DNA of 64,000 nucleotides from Macrostomum lignano (Eukaryota), in contig NIVC01000406.1 in NCBI GenBank assembly GCA_002269645.1, positions 322,724 to 386,723 of the forward strand, written 5' to 3'. Under the pieces are notes generated by a model that had not been told where the DNA came from, made no database searches, and saw only the letters and a program-made list of their open reading frames with translations. Positions within the stretch are counted from its first letter, which is position 1; the number at the start of each line of letters is the position of its first letter. Of this stretch, positions 27,188 through 44,570 are shown one piece after another. Both the position numbers and the translations under genes were made by a program.

Positions 27188-30100
27188 ATGGTGGACTACA
27201 TCAACAAGTTCGACATCGAGCTGGCCAAGCCGGTCTGGTACGCCGGCGAAGAGCTCACTGGTCACATAATCGTGGACAGCACGGAGAACTTCAAGGTGAG
27301 TCGATTGAGCTTTGAGAGCTGCAGATGGCGTTTGAGCAGCTGGCTTTAATTGATGGCTTTCGTCTGTGATGAGAGAGATGGCGCCATGCGTGTTATAAGG
27401 CGCCATGCGTGTGTTACAGGGCGCCATGCATCTGTTTTGAGGCGCCATGCGTGTGCTAGGGGGCGCCTTTTGATGCAAAGGAGCGTCATGGGGTGCAGGG
27501 GAGTGCCATGGGGTGCAGGGGAGTGCCATGGGGTGCAGGGGAGTGCCATGGGGTGCAGGGGAGTGCCATGGGGTGCAGGGGAGTGCCATGGGGTGCAGGG
27601 GAGTGCCATGGGGTGCAGGGGAGCGCCATGGGGTGCAGGGGAGCGCCATGGGATGCAGGGGAGTGCCATGGGGTTCAGGGGAGTGCCATGGGGTTCAGGG
27701 GAGTGCCATGGGGTGCAGGGGAGTGCCATGGGGTGCAGGGGAGTGCCATGAGGTGCAGGGGAGCGCCATGGGGTGCAGGGGAGCGCCATGGGGTGCAGGG
27801 GAGCGCCATGGGGTGCAGGGGAGCGCCATGGGGTGCAGGGGAGCGCCATGGGGTGCAGGGGAGCGCCATGGGGTGCAGGGGAGCGCCATGGGGTGCAGGG
27901 GAGCGCCATGGGGTGCAGGGGAGCGCCATGGGGTGCAGGGGAGCGCCATGGGGTGCAGGGGAGCGCCATGGGGTGCAGGGGAGCGCCATGGGGTGCAGGG
28001 GAGCGCCATGGGGTGAAAAGGAGCGCCGCAGGGAAGCGCCCTATCCAACTGTATCGCCTTCAACTGCCCAAGTGGCATCACCAGTTTAGTCAGAAATTTT
28101 CACATCCGGTCTGCAGGTGTGCAAAAGCAGCAGTTTTGCTTCCACCTCGTGGCAACGCAGGAGGCCTGGATAACCGCGATGCAATCAGCTGCAAGCCAGA
28201 AATCAGCACAGGGGGCACAGGAAAGCCACAATAAATGCCGTTTATGTCTGCCCTACCCTCGGTCGCTCATTTCGGGCCCAGGGCTGTTTGCCCTCCGTGT
28301 CGGAGCATTGCAGCTGCTCTGCTTTCTTCTCTCTGTTTGCCCACCTGCCGAGAGAGTCTGCATACTCGTACCTGTTCGGCTCCCTCCTCAGCAACGTCTC
28401 TGTCGTCTTTCTTTCCTTCTTGGCCTCATTTTCTTCTCTCGCTCTGTCCGTCCGCTTAAGTGGACAGTTGGAACAGAAGGTTTCGCTCTCCGCCTCTCTT
28501 CCTCCAGCTGTCTCCTCTCCTCTCTTCTCCCTCCTCATCAATTATGCCCTGGTTGGGAGTTGATCCCTACACCGCAAGCCCAGTAGCCAAGCAGGTGCTG
28601 CCCCCATCCTGCTGCCATCGGATGCCCGGCTGCAGTGAGCGATATTGGGATTAGTTGAAGTTTGGCGAGTGGAAAATCGAATGTCCTTGGACTAGTCACT
28701 AATGACTAGGATTAGTCACCCAATGACTTGGATTAGTCACCCAGTGACTTGGATTAGTCACCCAATGACTTGGATTAGTCACCCAATGGTGGATTAGTCA
28801 CCCTATGGTGGATTAGTCACCCAATGACTTGGATTAGTCACCCAATGGTGGATTAGTCACCCAATGACTTGGATTAGTCACCCAATGACTTGGATTAGTC
28901 ACCCAATGGTGGATTAGTCACCCAATGGTGGATTAGTCACCCAATGACTTGGATTAGTCACCCAATGACTTGGATTAGTCCCCCAATGGTGGATTAGTCA
29001 CCCCTTGATGGATTAGTCACCTATTAACTGTGATTAGTCACCTATTAACTGTGATTAGTCACCTATTAACTGTGATTAGTCACCTATTAACTGTGATTAG
29101 TCACCTATTAACTGTGATTAGTCACCCAGCCCCTGCACTGAAGTCGCCACAAAGTGCTGCTGCAGAGCCTTCAAAACCAGAAGTCGTTTATTGCAATTCA
29201 GCATCTCAGCTCCATCAGCTTGCCCGCTCAGAACCCTCATGAAGCCCGATTGGTTTCCTGGACGCCAAAAAACAAATAATTACAAGTGTCAGGCACTCAG
29301 GGGGCGCAGGAGAGGTAGGCGAGCTCTGGAGTGGCCCCGTCTACTCGAGGGCGCGTCACTTGAGCAGGTGAGAGCCGCGATCCCCAGTTTGACGCGCTGA
29401 TCCCGTCCGGTTTTGTCACGGCGTGCGGCGAGGCACGAGGATGATGGGCGAGGCCACAGCGGACACCTGGGCGTGACAGAACCCCTCCTTCTCTGCTTTT
29501 CTCCTCTCCTTCTTGACTCCCCCCCCCCTGCTTGCCGCAAGATAAGCTGGAGGCGGGCCCGCCCCCCGCTGCTTATCCAGCTGAACTGGGCGGCCATGCG
29601 ATGGCAAAGCCGATAATAGAGGTGGGGGGGGGGGGGCTGGGGAGCCCTGCCGCTGTCACGAGCTTGCTGTCGGCTGCAGAGCCTGTTTAGCTGAAGCTGT
29701 CAGAAGCCGGCTGACCCCGCCCCCGGTCCCATCCGACCTGACAGCGAGGTCCCTTGTTTCCCGGTAGAGCCTCGGCCGGAGCTGGATTTCCCAGACTTAG
29801 TTTGGGTCCTGGTTGCACTTTAAGCCGCAGAACAGCTATGAAGTTTTCTTACATTCAAAAGCTATTCAGTTTTTGTCTTTCAGAAATTTCTGTCCGCAAT
29901 CAATAAAAGCACTTCTCTCCCAACCCACTCTTTGCTCCCCTTGTCTTTCCTCTCCTTTCTTCTCCTACCTCCTATCCCTACCTCCTCTCTCTACTTCTTT
30001 CTCTACCTCGTATCTCTACCTTCTCTCCCTACCGGGAGCACGAGAATTGCCCGCAGACGAATTGCGCGCCGAGGTTTGTCCGCAATGCTTTTTTCCTGCA

Positions 30101-33021
30101 GAGCACTTAGCCACAGCTGTAGCTCGCAAATGAATAGCTGACAGATGCACCCTCAAGAAAAATATGCGTTTAATGTATGCAGTTACCATCGAAACGTTTT
30201 GATTCTTAAATCTTTATTAAGACTTACAAAGCATTAGGGGGGGGGGACAATGCAGAAAAAATCTGCCGCGTGACCAAATGCACTGCAGGACCTCCCTAAG
30301 TCCTTCTAAGTCCTAGGCTCGTATTGTCGTATCCGGTCTCAAACCATCTGCGAAGGTAGGTAGCTCCGATGAAGCTCAGAATCTGGGACTCAATCAGCTT
30401 TGATTTTTCTCTTCGTTGTCCCAGAGCTGATTGGGATTCGATGTCCCTAGAAGCAGGCGGGCCGCTGCCGGGGCGGAGATCAGAGATGAAGCCAAAGGCG
30501 GTAATTAGTTCTACTCGAATCGCAGCCCCCCAGAAGACACGCGCAGGTATCTCCTGGATAAAAAGTCGCACAGCTCCTCGTCCGTTCCGAGTTCCTGTTG
30601 CACTGAGAGCAATTTTGGCTGTCTCAGGTGATGCTGCCAGGTCTAATTAGGCCGCCTCCCCATCCAGCTTCCTCTGTGTCCCCGCGGATCTCCCAGTAGC
30701 CGGGGCGCAGCGCATGACACAGTGCGGGATTCAGTGCCGTACCGGCTAAGCATTCAACAGGGCAGGTGGAAGACAGTTGACAAACTTGGCGCTAATTAAT
30801 TATTAATGAGCGCAGGACATACAAGAGAGAGTCTGGAACTCTCCATCCTGTCATCCTTTGCGTGGAAATTCTCTGCTCTGACGGCTCAGCCATCTCTGGC
30901 TTGATTGGTGGAAATTTGCCTAACATTTATCCCAAATCTGCCGGATGAGCCGCCCGAAGAAGTCTGGGCCCGAGTTGATTGATTCCCAAGGCTGGGAAAT
31001 CAATTAGGGGGGGGGGGGCAGAGCACAGCAAGTTTGGCGCTGCGAGCCACTTTTCCCCTCTCTGCCGGCTGCGCGAAAATGCGAATCCTGAAATTCGATT
31101 GGGGAATCGACAAGACAAGCGCTGGAGCAGCTTTGAGTGCTCAGCATTGGCGAAGTCGAGTGTGCCAGAAGTGACTGCATGAGCGGTCCCCGAATGGATT
31201 GAATTGTGTGCTGCTTTGCTGACTGAGAGCCATCTGAGTCAGTGCGGTTCTGTAGCGATCTAATCTGTGAGATGGATTAGCAATCCATTCTATTCCTGCA
31301 TCCATGATAGGCTAGATTAGCAATCCATTCTATTCCTGCATCCATGATACGCTAGATTAGCAATCCATTCTATTCCTGCACCCATGATAGGCTAGATTAG
31401 CAATCCATTCCATTCCTGCAGCCATGATAGGCTAGATTAGCAATCCATTCTATTCCTGCATCCATGATACGCTAGATTAGCAATCCATTCTATTCCTGCA
31501 CCCATGATAGGCTAGATTAGCAATCCATTCCATTCCTGCAGCCATGATAGGCTAGATTAGCAATCCATTCTATTCCTGCATCCATGATAGGCTAGATTAG
31601 CAATCCATTCTATTCCTGCATCCATGATAGGCTAGATTAGCAATCCATTCTACTCCTGCATTCGTGATAGGCTAGATTAGCAATCCATTCTATTCCTGCA
31701 TCCGTGATAGGCTAGATTAGCAATCCATTCTATTCCTGCATCCATGATAGACTAGATAAGCAATCCATTCTATTCCTGCATCCGTGATAGGCTAGATTAG
31801 CAATCCATTCTATTCCTGCACCCATGATAGGCTAGATTAGCAATTCATTCTATTCCTGCATCCATGATAGGCTAGATTAGCAATTTAATATTTTCATCAT
31901 TAGCTAGATAAATCTTACTTCCGAAACCTGCTTTCCAGGTGCGCGGAATTCGCGTGCACCTGCGCGGCCGCGGACACGTCGAGTGGAAGGTAAGCCGCAG
32001 CGGCGAGCGGCACTCGGTCAAGGAGGACCAGGTGTACCTGGACGCCAAGACCACCGTGTGGGGCATCGAGAAGGGCCTGGAGCCCGGCGGCAACGATGCC
32101 CTGCCCATCCTGCCCCGCGGAGCGCACAAGTGGCAGTTCAGCTTCCCGTTGCCGGAGTCCGCGCTGCCGCCGAGCTTCGAGAGCCGCACCTGCACGGTTC
32201 GATACTACCTGCGCTGCATCATCGATGTGCCCTACGCCTCCAACCCCAGCCACATCACCTACTTCACCGTCATCGGACCCTACTCAGACTGCATGGAGAC
32301 CCGCTACCTGTGCCCCACCTGCATGGAGATCTCCTCCCACACCTGTCCCTGCCTGCCGCTGATGAAGCCGCTCCGCCTCTCGGGCACCCTGGAGCGCAGC
32401 GCCTACTGCTGCGGCGAGCACATCAAGCTGCGCTGCCAGGTGGCCAACGACACTGACAGGCAGCTGCGCATCAGCGTGAAGCTGGTGCAAGACTGCTGCT
32501 TCTTCATCAACCAGGGCGTCCTGGGCATCTGCAAGGAGTTCCAACACGTGGCCTTCGAGTACCGCTCAGATTTGATCCGAGCCCGGCAGTCGGTCGATTG
32601 GGATCTGTCCAGCTTCCTCCTACTGCCGCCGGTGCCACCGACCATCCCGGAGGGCTTCTGCCGGCTCATGCAGATTGGCTACACCCTGCGGGTGAACCTG
32701 GTCAGGGACGGCAAGGCGCCAACCAACCTCTGCCTGGACTTCCCCTTCACCATCGCCACGCTGCCCTTCCGCATCCCAAATGTTGCCGTGCCGCCTGTGG
32801 TGTTCCAGACCGCGGTGGAGAGCGTTGAGGGCGGCATGTACATCAGCCCAGCCTTCACCCTCGGCCAGGTGTACGACGGCACGGAGGGCGCGGAATCCGG
32901 CCTTCTGTACCAGCCCGTGTACCCCACCGTGATGAAGAATCCAGCAAAGCTGGAGCGCCAGCGGCTGGCCAGCATCGCCAATGGACTCAACGACTGCGCC
33001 GAGAAGGTGTCCTCTGTGTGA
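27188..33021 (+). CDS. arrd-17: Alpha-arrestin / arrestin-domain protein, most like nematode ARRD-17, 396 aa
   Basis: Exon 1 27188-27295 (MVDYINKFDIELAKPVWYAGEELTGHIIVDSTENFK, AAG|GTGAG) and exon 2 31939-33021 (CAG|VRGIRVHLRG...). Arrestin_N/C motifs LPPSFESRTCTVRYY, LERSAYCCGE, DFPFTIATLPFRIP and VEGGMYISPAFTLGQVYDG match ARRD-17 as I recall it. Confidence 0.9.
27487..28012. repeat. 20-bp G-rich minisatellite, ~26 copies
   Basis: Unit catggggtgcaggggagtgc / ...gagcgc in the arrestin intron. Confidence 0.96.
28690..29125. repeat. 20/21-bp minisatellite (gattagtcacccaatgacttg, then gattagtcacctattaactgt)
   Basis: Directly visible. Confidence 0.92.
31275..31884. repeat. 40-bp minisatellite, ~15 copies, reverse complement of the 26441-26708 array
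   Basis: Unit gattagcaatccattctattcctgcatccatgataggcta. Confidence 0.96.
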
Positions 33022-34369
33022 ACTGCTGCGGAGATACCTAGAAGGCACTCTTCCATCAGAGCAGTTCACTCTAAAGAGCAAAGTCACATTAAGCGCGTAT
33101 CTCACATATGGTATCATGCTAGACACAAGGAATCAGTGTATCCGTACTCACGTACAACGCAACCTAATTGAGCGACCCCTCTGTTACTCAATCAGCAAGG
33201 AAGGATTAATAAAAGTTTAGCACAGACCTGTAAAATATTGAGCACTCCCAGTTTGTGCCTCGAGTGCGTGTTTTTGCTTCAATTTCTATTTTTCCCAATC
33301 GTCTGTTCCTTGCAATCTATCACTTCCCGGTGCAGAGCATCAGGTGGGCTGAGGTGGGCGATTTTTGCCACCAGGAAATTGCAATCAATATTGCCAAGCC
33401 TGCCCGATGAAGAATGCTGGACTTGAGGCCGTGCGAAATCAAATATACAAAAAGGAAACGCGGGAGAGATAAGGCCGGCTGGCGGCTCCCAGGCGGCAGG
33501 TGAAGGTCAGCACTGGGATCGGGCAGTCAGCGGACCAGAAACCGGCTATCAAAGGCCATGAATAGATACTGCAAATGCCCGTCAGCACAGAGCTGCAGTC
33601 CCGGACCTTTTGCTTCCAGCCCGCCGGCAGTTTCATCCGGACCAAGGGTGGAGGGTCTGCCGTGCATCGATCCCACTGGCTGACTGCTGGCGCCTCGGGG
33701 CTCCCGGCCGCTGGCTTTGATGGAGAGGGAGAGGCTAGAGAGGCCAAGCAGCAATGGCTTAGCTTAGCTAAGCTAGCTAAAGTGGAGAAGAGGAAAGTGA
33801 GAAGCGGGGAACAAGGAACTGGAATGTAGGCCGCGCTGGAGACGGTGGGATACTCAGGACTTACTGGGCCGTCCCAGCTCCCAGGACCGCCTGCAGTGTT
33901 GAAGCTATTCTTGTTACTGCAGTCTCCTCCCCCACTTAATAGGGAGACTCTTTGAGCCTCGGGGGTTTTAGAAGAATATAATCCAGAGAAAGCTACATTT
34001 GCCAGGGCAGGCTTTCTTGCTTGAATTGAATACGAAGCAGCCACTTGCACTACAACCGGAGTGACTTAGTTGAATAGACGATGACAATATGGTAGAGACA
34101 GAGGGCTATGATGTCTCTTTAACTGCCCGGCCTCTAGTTTTATTTATGTATTCGACATTCTCTGGCCTCTCAGCCCCACACAAATCATGTACAATGGAGC
34201 AACTTAATTTAGAAAACAACTTCTAAAGCCGGGGCTCCGAATTTAGGTCGGAGCAAGTCGGTGGTAATAAAGATTACTAAGCTGAGCGCAAGGCCGAAAA
34301 CCGGCAAAGATAAAGATTGGGGGTTGAGCTAGAGGACGATAAAGGGATAGAAATTTAGAGGGGTTGAAC

Positions 34370-34740
34370 CATAGATAAAGTATACATAGATTCCACCCCT
34401 GCCCAGAATGTACACACGCTCGTGTCCAAACTTTGACCACCATAAAACTCACCGTGCTCTCATTGGCTGGCGCGAAAGCCTTCCTTTCAACCCCTTCGAT
34501 TTCATTCCCTCACCCCTTCCACACAAGAAAGCTTTATAACTTTAAGGATGTCTTACCAGTTTCAACAGTTTAGCAAGAATGAAGTCGACACGCAAGTGTT
34601 CCGGAGTTGGGGGAATGTACACACGTGGACTCAATGTGCATAGCGTGGCCCAGCCAATAGGAGCGCAGTGAATAAAGTGATGGTCACAATTTAGACACTC
34701 CGCGGGGGCAGGGGTGGAATCTATGTATACTTTAAATATG
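34370..34740. mobile_element. MITE / non-autonomous DNA transposon, 371 bp
   Basis: TIRs 34370-34404 (CATAGATAAAGTATACATAGATTCCACCCCTGCCC) and 34706-34740 match at 33/35. A perfect 8-bp direct repeat GGTTGAAC flanks it at 34362-34369 and 34741-34748. Confidence 0.85.
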
Positions 34741-35579
34741 GGTTGAACTAAGAGTGGATGGATTGAGTGGCGATCGATAATATAACAATTGTAAATTTTT
34801 ATAAGGGGCAGAGAAAATTAGAGATGGAAGGCATGAGTGGGTTAAGCGTTGTTTTGTTAAAACTGCTATTCACGCCCTAAAAACTCTGCCCCAAGGAATG
34901 TACATTTAAGCAATATAAGAGCAATCATGTGCAGTCGCGAATGTACATACTGTTCGTACGCGTTGGAGTCAGTGATGGCATGTCTATTTTTAGAAACGGT
35001 CAAGCCCTACAGAGCCATTTTGCCGCTCGCTATTTAGCCCTAAACTGAATTTTCAGGCAGCAAGCCAAGTCGGCATTGGTAGAGCCTGCCTTAGACTTGA
35101 GTGACAGCCGCCTTCAGCCACTAAATTGGATGGAGCCATTGCCATGGATTAGCCCAAACCAAGGGGATGAGACTGTTCGGATCCTCGGTTGAGAAATTCG
35201 ATTGCGGACTCGGAGTGACGGCGCAGGAGAGAGTGAGTGATCGACTCGATCTCCCATCCCGTGCCAGATTTTTGCTGGGCCCGCGGCCTGAAATCCCGCC
35301 AAGAATCTCTCGGACCGAAATTTCTCCGGCTGCGGGTTATGCGCGGCCGCTGAAGCTTTTGGCCGCTGCGACCCGCGAATCAGAATTTTATTGCGTCTAA
35401 CACTGTTATGGCCGCCCAGAGGATAGACAGAGGCTGCTTTGCGCTCTTTGCACTCTTGGGAAATGGCTAATAACTACCAGCTTTCTGGACTGGTACTGGT
35501 TCCCATTTGCGCAGTCTAATGTCAAATTTATCAGTTCCCTAATCCCCGTTCACAGAGTCATGGAGTCCAATTCTTACAG

Positions 35580-36070
35580 TTCACGATTCCTATTCACACA
35601 GTTCTAGATTCCCATTCACACAGTTCTAGATCCCCATTCACACAGTTCTAGATTCCTATTCACACAGTTCTAGATTCCCATTCACACAGTTCTAGATTCC
35701 TATTCACACAGTTCACGATTCTTATTCACACAGTTCTAGATTCCCATTCACACAATTCTAGATTCCCATTCACACAGTTTTAGATTCCCATTCTCACAGT
35801 TCTAGATTCCTATTCACACAGTTCTAGATTCCCATTCACACAGTTCATGATTGTTATTCACACAGTTCTAGATTCCTATTCACACAGTTCACGATTCTTA
35901 TTCACACAGTTCTAGATTCCCATTCACACAATTCTAGATTCCCATTCACACAGTTCTAGATTCCCATTCACACAGTTCTAGATTCCCATTCACACAGTTC
36001 TAGATTCCTATTCACACAGTTCTAGATTCCCATTCACACAGTTCTAGATTCCTATTCACACAGTTCTCTA
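35580..36070. repeat. 22-bp minisatellite (ttcacacagttctagattccca)
   Basis: ~22 copies. Confidence 0.95.
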
Positions 36071-37459
36071 CTACACACAATCACACATTTTTCTAACGCC
36101 AGTCACACAGTTCTAGATTACTGTACATATTTGGAGGCCCTTGCTGTAGCTGAGGCTGCCAGCTCAGCACTAAGATCGCAGGAGGGCATGCCGGGAGAGG
36201 AATTAATATCTCCCTAAGCTTTCTATTTTTATGGTTCTGGCGGCCCAAATAAACAGGGGGGAGGGGGGGGGGCTGTGACCCCCTTGGCCGGGGGAAAAGG
36301 AAAGTGGAGTGCTGGCCTGGCCGCCGCAGCTCTGGTTATTTACGCCATTTCTGGGAGGAAAACTAATGAGCTTCTGTCAGTCCCAGCCGGACTCCCCGGG
36401 CCCGACTGCTTACAGACTCCGTGAGCGCTTCATCTTAATACCCGGCCCAAAAAGGGGGGAGAACTGGAAGCAGTGGCCGTGGGCTGGAAGCTGGAAGGGA
36501 GAGACGTAGGGGAAGGGGCAGGCCTGACTCGCATCCCCTCCCAGATGTCCCGCTTCGCACCTCTCGCCGTTCTGCCGGCATAATCCCGCCGGCTCAAGTC
36601 CCCAGTCTGCCCGAAGACTCCCAGAGTTGCTGGGAATTCCTGGAACTCAATTCTAACCGGGAGGAGAAAGAGGAGGAGGGGAAGAAGCGGGAGAGAATGA
36701 GGAAGCAAAAGGCGGGGCAGAGCGGGCAGAATGCAAATTGGCCACTTGATCAGCGGCTGTAGTTTTCACGGCTAAGGCTGGCTCAGCCCCCTCTCCCTAA
36801 GCTCCCGCTCTGTACAGCCAAGGAGACCCAAAACCAGAGCATGGATTGGCAACTCAAAATTCTAAGTATTTGAGAAAAAACGTCACTGCATTTGAAGCAA
36901 CGGCCTAGGAGGAGCTGGAGCTGACAGAAGTTTTGAAAGCGCCGAGTTTTTTCTGCTGCTCCAAGCTCTGGGTCCTGGGTCTCCATAGTACAATTCCAGT
37001 GAGTGAAAACCCGAACCCACCTGGGCTGACTCCTCACCGAGTGCTCCGCCTTCTGAGTAACTGTACAGAAAATCCTACCCCAGAGAGACTGCAGCGCACC
37101 CGGCTCACTTGACTTGCAGAGCCGAAAATATTAATTTTTGTTCCTGCGCTCTTCTTCAGGAGCAGCAGCTGGATCCGGGCGGAATGCGCTGCGGCAAGTG
37201 GGCCGTCTGGCCCCCATTTATTACTCGCTACTGAAGCTAAACTGCTGCAGCCGTCTAAGGAAATTAAAGGTAGAACAACCTGAGAGGTCTGTGCTGCTAA
37301 TCTGCTCTGTTGTGCACTACCGAATTCCGACTTATTGCGTGTCTGGTAAGACTAAACGTCGCATTTTTCGTCCTGCTGAAAGTCTCGATGGTCCCGTCAG
37401 ACTGGTGCGCGCTGAACAAAACTCCAGTGAAGTAGATGCAGACTATAGTCAGATCTTCA

Positions 37460-37540
37460 GGGAGGCCGTAGTCCAGCGGTCAAGCGTGGCGCACTGATGT
37501 GCCAGCGGCCCAGGCTCGATTCCAAGTGCAGTCACATTAA
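37460..37540 (+). mobile_element. tRNA-like SINE head (degenerate)
   Basis: A-box-like tagtccagcggtcaag and B-box-like ggctcgattcc at tRNA spacing, with no clean acceptor stem. Confidence 0.45.
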
Positions 37541-39145
37541 TTTGGGGCTGAATTGGAATCTCGGCTTGGCTCTGCTCGTGCAAAATTGACGCACTTGAGA
37601 CCCCGACTCCCAAGGTATAGTGAAGCGTACAAGCCTGACGATAAATAAAGTTAGGGCCGCTGTACACTCCTGTGTGAGTGTGTGCCTGTGCGTATGACTG
37701 CGTATGTATCCGCGCGCTTGTGTGCCTGCTCAGGGGAGTCGGCGGAATGTGTCTCTCGCCAGTTGTGTGACAATGTCGCTTAAAGTGTGCCAGGGTGTAT
37801 GCAGCCCTCTCCTGCCTTTAATAAAAAGAAAAAGTGCGACCTTCACGAATGGAAAATTGTAGGGTAAAAATGAAGGGTGACTCTGTTGTTATTCTAACTG
37901 TGATTTGGAATCGAGCGAGCAGTAGTAGCCAAGTAGGGGGATTCTGTTGTTGTTCACGGGCACACTTGCACCGATGAGCAATCGTCATTCGCAACGATCG
38001 ATCTCGTAAGAGACCTTAGTCGCTCGACGCTATCCACCCGCTCAAGTTCCGAAGTCAGTCCAGCCGACGGGACGGCGGGGATAACTGTGTTAGTAGGAGG
38101 TCACTGCGATCACGCCATGTCACAAGCGCGCATTGGCAGAAGACAGGGTGTGGCTGAGTCGCTCACTCTTAACACGGTCTGACATTAGCGCACTTTTTTG
38201 ATAGGTTCTGGCGGAAAGGAGAGCAAGATTGGTTTGATCTTGAACCCCTTATCATTTTCTGTTACAGGCTTCTGCCAGTTAGAGTCTGTGCGCTGCAGGA
38301 CTTGCTTATGCAGCCTTAATTCCTTTAAGGAGTTAATTCCTTAATTCCTTCAGCAAAGTCGCTGAATCTAAAACTCAAAATTCGGGAATTAAGCTGTAGC
38401 AAAATCGAGAGCTTCGACAAGAGCTAAAAAGCGCTCAGCTGATCAGGAGTTAATGACTTCTCCCTCGGACCTGCCCATTAGGCCGTGCAGTCTCTCGCAG
38501 TGCTCTATCAGTTCAACAACTAACCCTCCACGCCTTTCTTGCTTAGCCGATGGCGCAGCTTGCCAAACACACTTTCTCTCTCCTCTTCATTAAGCAAAAC
38601 TTGATACCTGGAAAGCACTTGGATTGAGGAGGCCTGGCTTCAATTACTGCACTTATTCTGAGTAGGGTTGCCCGATAGATGATGTAGCATTCGCAGTGCG
38701 CGAGAAATTGCCTCGGGTGATAAATGAAATGTGGTGCAGTGCCTGTCAATCAATCTCTTTCTTGGCTGCTCTGTGGGCTGTTGGAGCAGGAAGAGGGTCC
38801 AGTTTATTGGTAAGTGATAGGAGAGTCAGAGGGAGTGTCAACAAGACCAACTGGTGGAGTCAGATTGATAAAATTCTGTCTAACATTTGAAGGTCACTCT
38901 CTCCTTTAGACGCAAACTAAGCTTGGAGACATTCGAGCGACAAGCAAGCCTCTGTCCTGATTTCAACCGAAATTCGGAATTAGAAGTCAGCAGAAAATTT
39001 CTGCTAATTAATGCAGGTTGCAAAATAGGAAAGCCGGACTCGCAATCGCGGCTGTGTTGGACTGTCATTTATTGTCCTTAAGCTCAGAACTGGCGCAATG
39101 CACACTGCAGGAAAGTGTGACTGGCGCATTCCAGTCTCAACAAGT

Positions 39146-43626
<4,481 letters not shown>

Positions 43627-44092
43627 CTTTCGATTTCGAACGATTGCACCTTCCGATCTCGGTAGTTGCTAGGAGAAGCGCCCCGCTCCGGCTTATAAAA
43701 GGCCAAATCTCTCCCACTTTCCCTCCGTCCGATGATTAAATGGCCGGGCGCGTGTTTGCAGAGCTCTTGTCCTCTGAGCTCCCCGCCACACGTCTGCGGC
43801 CGAATGACCTTCGAAGGGCCCGCATGAACTGCCTGAGAAATTCTAAATGACACTTTGGTTGAAGGGCTCTGAGAATATTGACAGCGGGTTGCTCCAAAGT
43901 GCTGCTCTGTTACCATGGTAACCGAAAGATAATTAGCCTGAAAGCGACAGTCAGCAACCAGTTGGAGAGAAAGTTTGAAGTGGCCGTGCGCCCCTCCGGT
44001 GAATATTACTTCAGTATTATTGAAGCAACTTTTCCGTTCCTCTTGGATAGTTCCAAACGCAGTTGAAGGCTCGGAATACAGGGAGTAGCGTG

Positions 44093-44415
44093 TGTGCCAT
44101 GGTGCCAGAGCCGCTGTGAACAGGAGGGAGTGGCATGTGCCATGGTGCCAGAGCCGCTGTGAACAGGAGGGAGTGGCGTGTGTGCCATGGTGTCAGAGCC
44201 GCTGTGAACAGGAGGGAGTGGCGTGTGCCATGGTGTCAGAGCTGCTGTGAACAGGAGGGAGTGGCGTGTGTGCCATGGTGTCAGAGCCGCTGTGAACAGG
44301 AGGGAGTGGCGTGTGCCATGGTGTCAGAGCTGCTGTGAACAGGAGGGAGTGGCGTGTGCCATGGTGTCAGAGCTGCTGTGAACAGGAGGGAGTGGCATGT
44401 GCCATGGTGCCAGAG
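44093..44415. repeat. ~46-bp minisatellite, ~7 copies, between divergently oriented genes
   Basis: Unit gtgccatggtgtcagagccgctgtgaacaggagggagtggcgt(gt). Confidence 0.92.
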
Positions 44416-44563
44416 CTAACTTGAACAGAGGCAATGGGAGTGCCAGGAACAAACTAGGAACTATTGTATATGAAAAGCAGGCTAAAAACTTCAGTAAACT
44501 GATTCACTGCGAACACGTGCTGCTATCCAGGCGCAAAAATCGATAGCGGCGCAGAACGTGTAT

Positions 44564-44570
44564 TATAAAA
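44564..44570 (+). promoter_or_regulatory. Candidate TATA box for CRAL-TRIO gene A
   Basis: TATAAAA, followed by a donor-like G|GTGAGA at 44606 and an acceptor at 44891 just before the ATG. Confidence 0.3.

Noticed and set aside
37960-38200. Structured ncRNA (two GNRA-like hairpins, T-run at ~38194)
   Set aside because: No match to snRNA, SRP, RNase P/MRP or Y RNA motifs that I recognise; short stems are expected by chance.
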